Position numbers and translations under genes: made by a program. From the NCBI RefSeq assembly GCF_009834535.1, contig NC_045697.1:112904001-112968000 (forward strand): a stretch of DNA of 64,000 nucleotides, read 5' to 3'. This document shows, piece after piece, positions 13,650-24,919 of this stretch (the first letter of the stretch is position 1; every line of letters starts with the position of its first letter). The stretch comes from Camelus ferus (Eukaryota). The notes beneath the pieces are model-generated. The model worked only from the letters and a program-made list of their open reading frames with translations, was not told where the DNA came from and ran no database searches.

Positions 13650-14150
13650 GATGCTGTTTTCGTTGGGCTCAGGTAGTTTTTCCGGGAGGTGATCTCGGGC
13701 AGCACACAAGGCTTGGACAAAGTAAGACGGAGAAGGGGGAAAAGCCAGTAAAGAGTATGTGGAGCCATGATCCGCTTGGGACCTTTTGAGAAACTCTGGA
13801 AGTCACCTCGGAACTGCCCCTTGTAAGGATAGATGAGCTGGGGCTTTTATCTGCTGAAGGAAGGCACCTAATGTAGGAGGGAGTAGATATTTAAAGTAAG
13901 TCCATTTATCCACTTGTTCCAATCCAAGAGTCGTCCCCAGGAATTTAACTTCCCCTATACTCTCAGATGGTGCCTGTGTGCAGCCCAGCAAAGCATGGAA
14001 TACCAGGGAAGCCCCAGGGCAGAGAACTCGAGGGACACAGCACTCAAGTGGGAAGCAGTCCACGTGCAGGTGAACCCTGAGTAGAGCCGAGGGTACCGGG
14101 AGGCGTGGGCAGCGTCTGCTAGCAGCAGTAGCCCACCGGCCCACTGAGCA
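13650..14150 (-). mobile_element. LTR33-like ERVL LTR
   Basis: gggaggtgatctc...aaagccagtaaagag...gagctggggcttttatc matches antisense LTR33 as recalled. Confidence 0.6.
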
Positions 14151-14567
14151 CATATAAAGTAACATCGGGTGTGAGTTACCTGAAGACTCGAGGCTCAACA
14201 AGGAATGATTTCAGTTCCCTTCAAAATACTTCCAGATTATAGACCTAAACACTGTTTGATTCAGGGTCACAGTGGATCAAAAATCTCTCCAGAGGAAAAG
14301 GTGCCTCATTTTTAATGTTCTGTGCCATTATTCATTGATAAATCACTTTCCTATTGCAGAACAAGCATTTGCCCAGACCTGTGAGGTTATAAAATTTGTT
14401 TATTGAGATGATGTCTGTTTCAGCATCTTTGCCTGTGCGGCTTCATAGAATTGGCTTTAACACACCATCACGTAGCCATGGACACCCACGATGATGCTCG
14501 TCGTTCACCCTCGTAGTCACATCATCAATGATGGGAGGTTACTTTGGGGCTGCATTGCCTTTTTAAA

Positions 14568-14770
14568 ATAGATACACACTACTGTATATAAAATAGATAA
14601 ACAACAAGGACCTACTGTATAGCACAGGGAACTAGATTCAGTTTCTCATAATGAGTTTTAATGGAAAAGAATCTGAAATATATGTGTATAACTGAATCAC
14701 TTTGCTGTACATCTGAAACTAACATTGTAAGTTGACTACACTTCAATTAAAAATTACGAAAAAAAAAAAA
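14568..14770 (+). mobile_element. Short L1 3' UTR fragment with poly(A)
   Basis: ataaacaacaaggacctactgtatagcacagggaac...aactgaatcactttgctgtac...A-tail. Confidence 0.88.
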
Positions 14771-15261
14771 GAGAATGGGTAGCAAACATCACATTGTGGC
14801 CTTTACTCAATGCCTGCTGTATATAGAGCTTTCTACTAACCTCAGTGGAATAAACCATACACAATCCAACAAAACTTACTGCTTACGGCTTAGAGTACAG
14901 AAATGCTTGTATTTTACAAAAACCAGCTATGCTGTTCAATGGGTCCATATAGGAAGTTAATCTAGGTTAGAAGACTTGAAACAAGTGAGTTCTAATACAA
15001 ATACTCAAGAGATCACTGAACGTTGGACTGGTGTCCAAAGATGATGTTCAAAGACTTTAAAAAGACGCAGCATTCATGGATTGATAGAAAAGACCAAGAA
15101 AATTAAAAGTCACAAGGACACAGTTGCAGATCACCCTGTTGGAGCACGTTAAAGACGCCAGCCTTCGCTCTCGGCACACTGCTTCCTCTGCCTAGAATAT
15201 TTTTAATTTCTGCTTTAGTAACTCCTCCTTTCCTTTTGAGACTCACTGAAGAGTTCTGTCA

Positions 15262-16550
15262 TGTATTAGTTTCCTATGACTGCTTCAACAAATTGCCACG
15301 ATCGTGTTGCCATGAAACAATGCAAATGTATCATCTTCCAGTTCTAGAGGTCAGAAGTCAAACGTGGGTCTCGCTGGGCTACAGATCACATGTCAGCAGG
15401 ACCGTGTGCCTCCTGGAGGCTCGAGGGGAGCTTGTTTTCTGGTCTTTTCCAGCTCCTACAGGCCACCTGCATTCCTTGGCTCAGGTCCTCACCCTCCCTC
15501 TTCAAAGGGAGAAGCTGGAGAGGGTGTGGAGAAAAGGGAACCCTCTTACACTGCTGGTGGGAATGCAGTATGGTGCAGCCATTATGGGAAACAGTATGGA
15601 GATTCCTCAAAAGACTAAAAATAGACTTACCATGTGATTCAGCAATCCCACTCCTGGGCATATATCCAGAGAGAACTCTCATTCAAAAAGATACATGCAC
15701 CCCAATGTTCATAGCAGCACTATATACAATAGCCAAGACATGGAAACAACCTAAATGTCCATCGACAGATGACTGGGTAAAGAAGATGTGGTGTATATAT
15801 ACAACGGAATACTACTCAGCCATAAAAAATAATAAAGTAATGCCATTTGTAGCAACATGGGTGGACCTAGAGATCATCATCCTAAGGGAAGTAAGCCAGA
15901 AAGAGAAAAAAAAAATATGATATCATTCATACGTAGAATCTAAAAAAAAAGGGACACTATGAACTCATCTACAAAGCAGAAGCAGACTAGCAGACTTAGT
16001 AAACAAGCATGGTTACCGGGAAAAGGAAGTGGGAGGGGATAAATTTCGGAGTTTGAAATTTACAAATGTTAGCCACCATATATAAAAATAGATTTTTAAA
16101 AAGTTTCTTTTGTACAGCACAGGGAACTATGTTCAATATCTTATAATAACCTTTAATTTGAAAATATGAAAACAAATATATGTATGTATATATATGACTG
16201 GGACGTTGTGCCTTACACCAGAAGTTGACACATTGTAACTGACTGTACTTCAATTAAAAAAAAAAATATATATATATATATACACAACGGCAGAAGCATA
16301 GCATCTCCCCTCCTCTCTGACCTCTGCTCCCATCTGTGCCTCTTCTCTCTCCGACTGTAACTCTGCTGCCTCCCTCTTAGAAGAACCCCCTTGATGACGT
16401 ACACTGGGCCCACCAACCAAGATAATGCGGGATCATCTCCCCTGTCTCCAGATCCTTAACATAATCACATCTGCAAAGCCCCTTTTGTTTATCAGGACAC
16501 ATACTCACAAATTCCAGGGATTAGGATGTTGACATCTTGGGTGACTTGGG
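15262..16550 (-). mobile_element. MLT1 (MLT1C/D-like) LTR split by an L1 insertion; LTR parts about 15262-15508 and 16285-16550
   Basis: Starts tgtattagtttcctatgactgc (antisense MLT1 3' end) and resumes after the L1 with taatcacatctgcaaag...ccagggattaggatgttgacatctt. Confidence 0.82.
15510..16266 (+). mobile_element. 5'-truncated young L1 (ORF2 C-terminus + 3' UTR + A tail)
   Basis: Translates to [17 protein letters not shown]...AIPLLGIYP...MFIAALYTIAKTWKQPKCPS, the L1 ORF2 Cys-rich C-terminus. Confidence 0.95.
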
Positions 16551-16675
16551 TGGGGGTGAGTGGGAGTATTATGCAGCCTTCTGACTTCCGCTTGAAGGTT
16601 TTCTGACCTCTTGAGTTAGAATTAGTTTCTTTTCCTCTGAATCCCACAATCTTCTGTGTATATTGTTTTCTTTCA

Positions 16676-19600
16676 GTTTTTTAAAATTGAAGTATATTTG
16701 ATATATACAGTATTATATGTTTCAGGCGTAAAACATAGTGATTCACAATCTTTAAAGGTTATACCCATTTATAGTTATTATAAAAGATTGGTTATATTCC
16801 CTGTGTTGTGCTGTATATCCTTGTAGCTTATTTATTTCATACATAGTAGTTTGTATCTCTTAATCTCTTACCCCTATCTTCTCCCTCCCCTCTTCCCTCT
16901 CCCCACTGGTAACCACTAGTTTGTTTTCTATATCTGTGAGTCTGTTTTTTTTTTGTTATATTCACTAGTTTTTTTTATTTTTCAGAGCCCACATATAAGT
17001 GATATCAGACAGTATTTGTCTTTCTCTGTTTCACTAAGCTCAGTACCCTCCAAGTCCATTCATTGTTGCAAATGGCAAAATTTCATTCTTTTTTATGGCT
17101 GAGTAGTATTCTAGTAGTAGTATTTGTGTACACACATCTTCTTTGTCCATTCATCCATTGATGAACACTTAGGTTGCTCCCATATCTTCTCAATTGTAAA
17201 TAATGCTATTGTGAACACTGGAATGCATATATCTTTTCCAAGTAGTGTTTTTTGTTTTTTTTTCCAGATATTTGCCTAGGAATGGAATTACTGGGTCATT
17301 TTAGTGTTTTAAGAAACTTCCGTATTGTTTTCCACAGTAGCTGGACCAATTTACATTCCCACTAACAGTACACAAGGGTTCCCTCTTCACATCCTTGCCA
17401 ACACTTGCCGTTTGTGTTTTTTTGATGATGGCCATTCTGACAGGTGTGAGGTTTTATCTCACTATAGTTTTAATTTGCATTTCCCTGATGATTAGCAATG
17501 TTGTGCCTCTTTTCATGTGCCTTTTGGCCATCTGCATGTCCTCCTTGGAAAAATGTCTATTCAGTTCTTCTGCCCATTGTTTTAGTCAGGTTGGGTTTGG
17601 GTTTTTTTTTTTTGATGTTGATTTGTATATATATTGGATATTATCCCCTTATCAGTCATATCATTTGCAAATATTTTCTTACATTCAAAAAGTTGTCTTT
17701 TCATTTTGTCCATGGTTTCCTTTGCTGTGCAAAAGCTTTTAAGTTTAATTAGGTCCCACTTGTTTCTTTTTGATTTACTCTTTTTTTCAATTCAAGTATA
17801 GTCAGTTTATAATGTTGTATAGATTTCTGGTGTACAGCATAAAGTTTCAGTCATGCATATACATACATTATTCGTTTTTATGTTCTTTGTCGTAAGTTAC
17901 TACAAGATATTGAATATAGTTCCTTGTGATATACAGAAGAAACTTGTTGTTTATCTATTTTATATATAGTAGTTAGTATCTGCAAATCTCAAACTCCCAA
18001 TTTATCCTTTCCCATGCTCTTCCCCTCCCCCACCCCAGTAACCTTAAGTTTGTTTTCTATGTCTGTGAGTCTGTTTCTGTTTAGTAAATAAGTTCATTTG
18101 TGTCTTTCTTTTAGATTCCATATAGAAGTGATATCATATGGTATTTTTCTTTCTCTTTCTGGCTTACTTCTCTTAGAATCATGATCTCCAAGTCCATCCA
18201 TGTTGCAGCACCATTTGTTTATTTTTGCTTTTATTTTCTTTGCTTTAGGAGATGGATCCCCCAAAATATTGCTACAATTTATGTCAAAGAGTGTCCTGCC
18301 TATGTTCTCCTCTAGGAGTTTGATGGTTTCTGTCTTACATTTTGGTTTTCAATTCATTTTGAGTTTATATTTGTATATGGTGTGAGGAAATGTTCTAATT
18401 TCATTCTTTTACATGTAGCTGTCCAGTTTTCCCAGCACCACTGATTGAAGAGGCTGTCTTTTCTCTGTTGTATATTCCTGCCTCCTTTGTTGTAGATTAA
18501 TTGCCATAAGTGCATGGGTTTATTTCTGGGCTTTCTACCCTGTTCCACTGATCTACTTGTCTGTGTTTGTGCCAATACCATACTGTTTTGATTACTGTAG
18601 CTTTGGAGTATAGTCTGAAATCAGGCACCATGATTCCTCCAGCTCCATTCTTCTCACTCAAGATTGTTTTGACTATTTGGAGTCTTTTGTGTTCCCATAC
18701 AAATTTTAAAATTATTTGTTCCAGTTTCTGTGAAAAATACCCTTGATATTGTGACAGGAATTGCACTGAATCTGTCGATTGCCTTGGGTAATATGTCCAT
18801 TTCAACAATATTGATTCTTCCAATCAGGTATTTTATTCTTTTTGATGTGATGGTAAATTGGATTGTTCCCTTAATTTCTCTCTCTGATACTTTGTTGTTA
18901 GTATAGAAATGCAACAGATTTCTGTATTTTAATTCTGGATCCTGAAACTTTACTGAATTCATTGATGAGCTTTAGCAGTTTTCTGGTAGCCTCTTTAGGA
19001 TTTTCTGTGTGTAAGTATCATGTCATCTGCAAACAGTGACAGTTTTACTTCTTTTCCAATTTGTACTCCTTTTATTTCTTTTTCTTATCTAATTGCTGTG
19101 GCTAGGATTTCCAAAACTATGTTGAATAAAAGTGGCAAGAATGGGCATCCTTGTCTTGTTCCTGATCTTGGAGGAAATGCTTTCAGCTTTTCATCGTTGA
19201 ATATGATGTTAGCTGTGGGTTTATCATATATGCCTTTATTATGTTGAGGTATGTTCCATCTATGCCAACTTACTTGAGAGTTTTTGTCATGAATGGATGT
19301 TGGATTTTGTCAAAAGCCTTTTCTGTATCTATTGAGATGATTGAATGGTTTTTATTCTTCAGTTTGTTAATGTGGTGTATCACATTTATTTATTTGCCAA
19401 TATTGAAAAATCCTTGCATCTCTGGGATAAATCCCACTTGATCATGGTGTATGATACTTTTAATGTATTGTTGGATTTGATTTGCTAATATTTTTTTAAA
19501 GTTTTTGCATCTATATTCAATAGTGATTTTGTCCTGTAATATTCTTTTTTTGTGATATATTTCTCTTGTTTTGGTATCAGGGTGACGGTGGCCTCAGAAT

Positions 19601-20390
19601 GAGTTCAGAAGCACTCCTTCCTCAGCAACTTTTTGAAATAGTTTCAACTCTTCTCTAAATGTTTGGTAGAGTTCACCTGTGAAGCCCTCTGGTTCTAGAC
19701 TTTTCTTTGTTGGGAAGTTTGTTTTTTTTTATTACTGATTCAATTTCATCACTGGTAATTAGTCTGTTCATATTTTCTGTTTCTTCCTGATTAAGTCTGG
19801 GAAGATTCTGCACTTCTAAGGATTTGACCATTTCTTCTAGGCTGTCCATTTTATTGCGGTATAGTTGCTTGTCGTAGTCTCTTACGATCTTTCGTATTTC
19901 TGTGCTGCTGCTTGTAACTTCTTTTTCATTTCTGATTTTATTGATTTGGACCCTCTCTTTTTTGTTCGTGATGAGTGTGGCTAAAAGTTTATCAATTTTC
20001 TTTATCTTTTTGAAGAACCAGCTCTTCGTTTCATTGATCTTTTCTATTTTTTTTTATTCTGCATTTCATTTATTTCTTCTCTGATCTTTATATCTTTCCT
20101 TCTACTAAATTTGGGTTTTGTTTATTCTTCTTTTTCTAGTTCTTTTAGGTATAAGAATAAGGTTGTTTGAGATTTTTCTTGTTTCCCGAGGTGAGCTTTT
20201 ATTGCTATAAACTTACCTTGTAGAAATGCTTTTGCTGAGTCCTACAAAATTTGGATCATTGTGTTTTCATTTTCAGGTATTTTTTATTTCTTCTTTAATT
20301 TCTTTAGGGAGCCATTGGTTGTTTAGTAGCATATTGTTTGGCCTCCACATGTATGTGGGTTTTGCAGTTTTTTTTCTTGCTTTTGATTTC
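16676..20390 (-). mobile_element. About 3.3-kb decayed L1 (ORF2 + 3' UTR), interrupted by a nested younger L1
   Basis: Minus-strand ORF fragments LKFVWEHKR...[27 protein letters not shown] and [24 protein letters not shown] are L1 ORF2 with frameshifts. Confidence 0.95.
17781..18210 (-). mobile_element. Nested younger L1 3' fragment
   Basis: A new poly(T)/L1 3' terminus appears mid-element. Host L1 sequence is duplicated either side (ccacttgtttctttttg before, ccatttgtttatttttg after). Confidence 0.85.
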
Positions 20391-20729
20391 TGTGTATAAA
20401 TCTTTTTTCAACATTTTTCTTAGTTGAAGTATAGTCAGTTACAGTGTGTTGATTTCTGGTATACAGCACAATATCCCAGTGATGCATGTATCTTTAATAT
20501 GAGGATTTTTAGAACTACTTTGACATTTGGGGTGAATCTTTTCACTTTTTCTGTTATTTTCTTGGTAGAAGTTTTATCTGTGCAGTTAGACTGGCCTCAG
20601 TCTGGGCCTGGTACTCCCTCAATTTTTGCTGTGTAAAGGGGTGGGGGTGGGTACCTTGCTAGGGAGGTATGAAAACAGATGGAAAAGCAGGATTTCTCAC
20701 CTAAAGCTCTGCTCTATTACCCACTAGTA

Positions 20730-20970
20730 AGGAGCAGCACCAGTTCCCAGTTTCCCATCTGTAACATGGAAATAAGCCTAGTATTTGCCACATGTGTTTC
20801 TTGTGAGCGTTAATGAATGAACATGTGAAAATTACTTAGAACAGTGGCACATAATAATCACTCAAAGCTGCTTATTATTATTATTTCCCACTTGTGAGAT
20901 TGTGAGAATTAAAGAGACAGTAGATAAACCACGCAGCACAGTGATTGGCACACAGTAAACTCTTAATTCA
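20730..20970 (+). mobile_element. MIR fragments
   Basis: cagtttcccatctgtaacatggaaataa...ttgtgagcgttaatg...cttagaacagtggcacataata, followed by a second similar tail. Confidence 0.7.
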
Positions 20971-21469
20971 GTCTAGCTTTTGATTTGTCATCAACGTCTG
21001 TGCTAAATGCAACAGGTAGAGAAGTCAAAACAGTGACAAAAATGCTGTGTTTCAAAGGTGGGAGTTTCATAAAATGTGCTTAAATCTGTGCCAACCATCT
21101 CCATAAGTTCAGGCTCTCTTTTTTCTCAGGCTCAACATGGTCATGAGGTTAAAAGATACAGAAGTTCAATAATGTTGTGACGGGTAGATTTTATTAGATT
21201 CAATGGTGAAATAATAATAATAATGACAACTGTAGGCTTTTGAACAACACAACATTTTAAAGATATGTCATCTCATGGGGCCTTAAGGTGACTTCATGTA
21301 ACTCCAGGCAGTTTCCAGCCACCTAATGGCTACTTGATTATTCAGGCCTCCCAGAATATCATCATCTTTGTCACAAAAATAGCCATTAAGTCCTTTCTAT
21401 CATAGGATATTCAAGTGTCACCCATTTGTCTCCAAGGCAAGTTGAGCCATTCCACTCAAAAGTTTACAG

Positions 21470-21630
21470 TAAATAGAATAGAAACTTGTGGAATCATCTT
21501 CCTCTCTCACAAATGAAGCAACAGCCAAGCGGCACAGCCTCTCAGCTGGTCCAAGTTCCTCAAACAAGTTTTACTTTTGCAAAACGAGCCCTCTGACTTC
21601 CTACATTCGATGAGCTGCCTTACAAGCAAC
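21470..21630 (+). promoter_or_regulatory. Probable intragenic promoter/5' UTR of the short MARCHF1 isoform
   Basis: Directly upstream of ATG 21631 in non-repetitive sequence. Three ETS/PU.1 cores on the minus strand (cttcctct 21498-21505, agttcctc 21554-21561, acttcct 21596-21602), E-box cagctg 21543-21548, C/EBP-like ttgcaaaa 21577-21584, IRF-like aatagaaact at about 21477-21486. TSS cannot be read from sequence. Confidence 0.6.
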
Positions 21631-21821
21631 ATGACCGACAGTCGCGTTTGTTGTAACTTTTTAAACATGTGGAAAAAAAGCAAGATCTCGACCATGTATT
21701 ACCTTAACCAAGATGCCAAATTATCTAACTTGTTTCTCCAGGCCAGCAGCCCAACGACAGGGACAGCTCCCAGGAGCCAGTCACGGTTGTCCGTCTGTCC
21801 ATCCACTCAGGACATCTGCAG
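21631..21821 (+). CDS. MARCHF1: MARCHF1 short-isoform first coding exon (internal start; includes the shared 80-nt exon)
   Basis: caacATG at 21631 opens [41 protein letters not shown]...QDICR, matching the human MARCH1 isoform-2 N-terminus as I recall it. Ends at donor AG|gtaagt (21821/21822). Confidence 0.88.
21742..21821 (+). CDS. MARCHF1: MARCHF1 shared 80-nt coding exon ([27 protein letters not shown])
   Basis: Acceptor cttgtttctccag|GCC (phase 0) and donor TGCAG|gtaagt (phase 2); peptide recognised as MARCH1. Confidence 0.95.
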
Positions 21822-22101
21822 GTAAGTGCTCAGCTGATGACCCTGTTCAGTGTTTTTTTTAGACCAGTGTTGTGTGTTCTTGTCGGAGATTCAGACCGTG
21901 TGTGGTTCTTGCTTCTGCTGTACATTTGTCCAGGGATGTTTTACACCAGCGTAATTTTTTCCTGTAGTGCGTTTCCCTCATTCGATCTTTGCTGAACCAC
22001 CTTCGGGTCCATGCGTTCGTTTTCATCACTCTCTCTCTCTGTTTTCCCGTGGCTTTCCTCTCCACTCCCGTCTCCCATCCTTCGCCCGCCGCTTTGTCTA
22101 G

Positions 22102-22863
22102 ATCTGCCGTCTTACATGACTTGTCAGAAGCGGCCTTTGAGCAAAGCACCCCTGTCACGGTGCTGGGCCCTGCTAGGAAGGAGTCTGGTCAGAAATCAGT
22201 CAAACGGAGGCTGAGGAGGAGGAGGAGGGTGGCGGACAGACACGAGTGTGCAGAAGAACGAGCCACAGGGAGGAGAAAGGATGTTCACCTCCAGATCTCC
22301 AGCCCTCGATGGAGGGAGACCGACACAGATTCGTCAGACTCCACCACCGCAGACGAGAGTCACTGGATCCAGGCAAAGAGAGCAGCCCAAGTGAAGTTCC
22401 GCCTGGCACGAAGGAGGAGGAGAATTAGAAACAAACCAAGTGGCAACTTGGATGAGTCCTCTGCTGCTGGTGGAATTGAGCCAGGAGATGTGGGATCCCA
22501 GGGTCAGGCACCAGCACGGCTGACGGAGGGGGAGAGCTCCTTAAGTCTCCACAGGGGAGAAGGCACCAGGTACCAAGAATGCGGTCCTTCCCTGCTGGGA
22601 GGGGCCTCTGAGATGAAGAGACCCTTAAGAAGCCATGAGGGAAGCAAAGGCAGGTCCCGCCACCGGGGTCGTCAGCGCCTGCCTGGTCTCGGGCAAAGTG
22701 AAACAATCAAGAAAAGGTTTTCAGAGACAGATTCCAGCCCTGAAACACCAGCAGCGAAAGAAGGGGGCAAGTTTGTGGACGATGCTGGGTCCCAGGTGAA
22801 TAACCCTGCCCAGAAGCCTCCCGCCACCCACCAGGACGGGTCTGAGGATTTAGAAGCGTGCAG
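22102..22863 (+). CDS. MARCHF1: MARCHF1 alternative 762-nt cassette exon (254 codons, long isoform; Arg-rich, probably disordered insert)
   Basis: Acceptor ctttgtctag|A TCT GCC preceded by a long pyrimidine tract; donor TGCAG|gtcagt. Length is divisible by 3, phase 2-2, stop-free inside ORF 21989-22903. Resembles the insert of the long human MARCH1 isoform as recalled (HLQISSPRWRE, TDSSDS, ESHWIQAKR.AQVKFRL). Confidence 0.87.
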
Positions 22864-24086
22864 GTCAGTCACTGCAGAGAGAGACATGGTGCCGTCCAGA
22901 TAGATGTCCCCCTGCTGTGAGTTAAGTGTGTGTGTCACCTGCCCTCCAACATAGCGTTTATTCATACTGTTCTTGGTCTGACTGGATGCAAGGTGATTCA
23001 AGGAGAGAAGGGGAGGAGAAGAAGGATGCAGAGGTATCTGGGAGGGGGGATTGAAAGCTGTTCCAGATTAGAATTAGATTCCCCCCTCTTCCTCCTTTTA
23101 ATTGCATAAGGATTTATGCTGGCCAAGGGAGTGACAAGCCAGTGTCGCTTAGTGTCACCCTTAGACTCTTCAGTGCACATTTGATGAACTGTTAGCACCC
23201 TGGCAGAGGATAGTAGACACTTGGACGTTTTAAGGTCAGATTTTTTTTTTTTTTTGTATCAGAAAAAAAATCTCTGCGGTTGGTGCTAATTTGTTCTCCA
23301 GTTGTCTGACTCAGCAGGGTAATTGGAGACTAAAAGGACACAGAAACGGGTCACAGCCATATCAGTGGGGTTGCTGGAGCCCCCAGGGAAGGAGACCACA
23401 TTAACTTTGGTGATCATCGTGTCCTCAAAGAGTGTGGCGTGGCTTTGAGCCTGCTTGCGTGCATTTTTTGACTCAGCTGTGTACATTTTCCAAATTAACT
23501 TCACGTTTAAAAGACTGCTGTGACTATCCAGGCTGGGATGCACAAGTGAGATCACTTTGAACAAAACAAGGCTTTCACATTTTCATATTATCCATCGTCA
23601 TTTCAGTTGCATGGATTCTGTTTGGGGGCCAGTGAAGTTCGGGTGGCGAAATACGTGGTTTGAGGGGTGGGGGGGGCTTGTTTTTTATGAAGGTTGAAGT
23701 TCTTTTATAAAAACAAGTCTGTGTGTTGCATGTGAATCACGTGACCCAGAGAAAGCTTCCTATGTCCATCAGGTCTGGATGGAAATAATATTCTAATGGT
23801 TTGTTTCTCTGAAAGTTTTAGGAGATGGTCATTTATAAAATGCACATTTAGTTATTCACTCAAGCATTCATGAGGCCTCAAGATTTGTTTGAAAATACTA
23901 CAGCTGAAGGTGTGTATGGTTTCTGAGATCTGAGAGCTTACAGTCTGATGGGGGCCAGGGACAGAAAACAATTTCACAGTTAATACACGATTACAATGGT
24001 GAGGAGGAATGGAAGAACATACAATGAAGAAAGGGTACCTATGGTAGGAAATCAGAAAAGAATTCTCTTAAGAAAATGACAAGCTG

Positions 24087-24247
24087 TTGGGGGAGGGTAT
24101 AGTTCAGTATAGCATGCATGAGGTCCTGGGTTCAATCCCCAGGGCCTCCATTAAAATAAATAAGTAAATAAATAAACCTAATTACCTACCCCCATCCAAA
24201 AAAAAAAAAAAAAGACACACAAAAAAGAGATTAAAAAAAAAAAAGGG
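24087..24247 (+). mobile_element. Camelid tRNA-derived SINE (Vic-1 type) with internal deletion
   Basis: gggagggtatagttcag...gaggtcctgggttcaatccccag, A-rich tail. Perfect 17-bp TSD aagaaaatgacaagctg at 24070-24086 and 24248-24264. Confidence 0.92.
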
Positions 24248-24919
24248 AAGAAAATGACAAGCTGACTGAGGGTCGAGGCTGGCAGGAATTGATCAAGGAG
24301 AAACAGACAAGGCGGTCCAGGCAGCATGCCACCGAGGTCCCAGGAACCCAGACCCACGTCTGGGTGGTGGCCAGGGTGTGGTGAGCAGGGTGGGTGGTGG
24401 AGATTAGGGCGGAGAGGTGGGGTGGGCCAGGTAAGCATGTGAAGGGACTTAAAAGAGAAGTGACCCCATTTGACTTCTATACTAATGCAAGTTAGTTTCT
24501 TGTAGTCTTTTGAATATGGTTCAAGCGTGGCTTTGCTAAAATGTTGGGGGATGGAATGCTGTACTATTTCTGGTCTCGACTAAGAACTCCCCACTTTCAA
24601 ACATCTGTTGTTATTCCCCCAAAGCTACTCCAACATAACTGAATGAAAGACAGTCGAAGAAACGAGTTGGAGACGTTAATGGTAATTGGAGGTAAAAGCA
24701 GTGCCTGTAATTAAAGCCGAAGTGACTGTTTCTCCTAAAAGTGCTACTCTGGAGGAACATTTTGAAAGATGGAATATTTCACTTAGACTTCTATTAATGA
24801 AAGTGAGATCGATGGGCCTGCAGTTACCATTTCTTGCTGTGGGTTATCATCCAAATATACCCACGAAGCAAATCCTCCAGGCAGCGTATTATACTAGCTG
24901 CTGAAGATAAAAAGTGACA

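Noticed and set aside
15390..15920. 176-aa ORF as a host gene
   Set aside because: Chance fusion of MLT1 LTR sequence with the L1 ORF2 C-terminus.
21989..22903. 304-aa ORF as a stand-alone gene
   Set aside because: Starts at a non-ATG codon in the pyrimidine tract; fully explained by the MARCHF1 cassette exon plus flanking intron.
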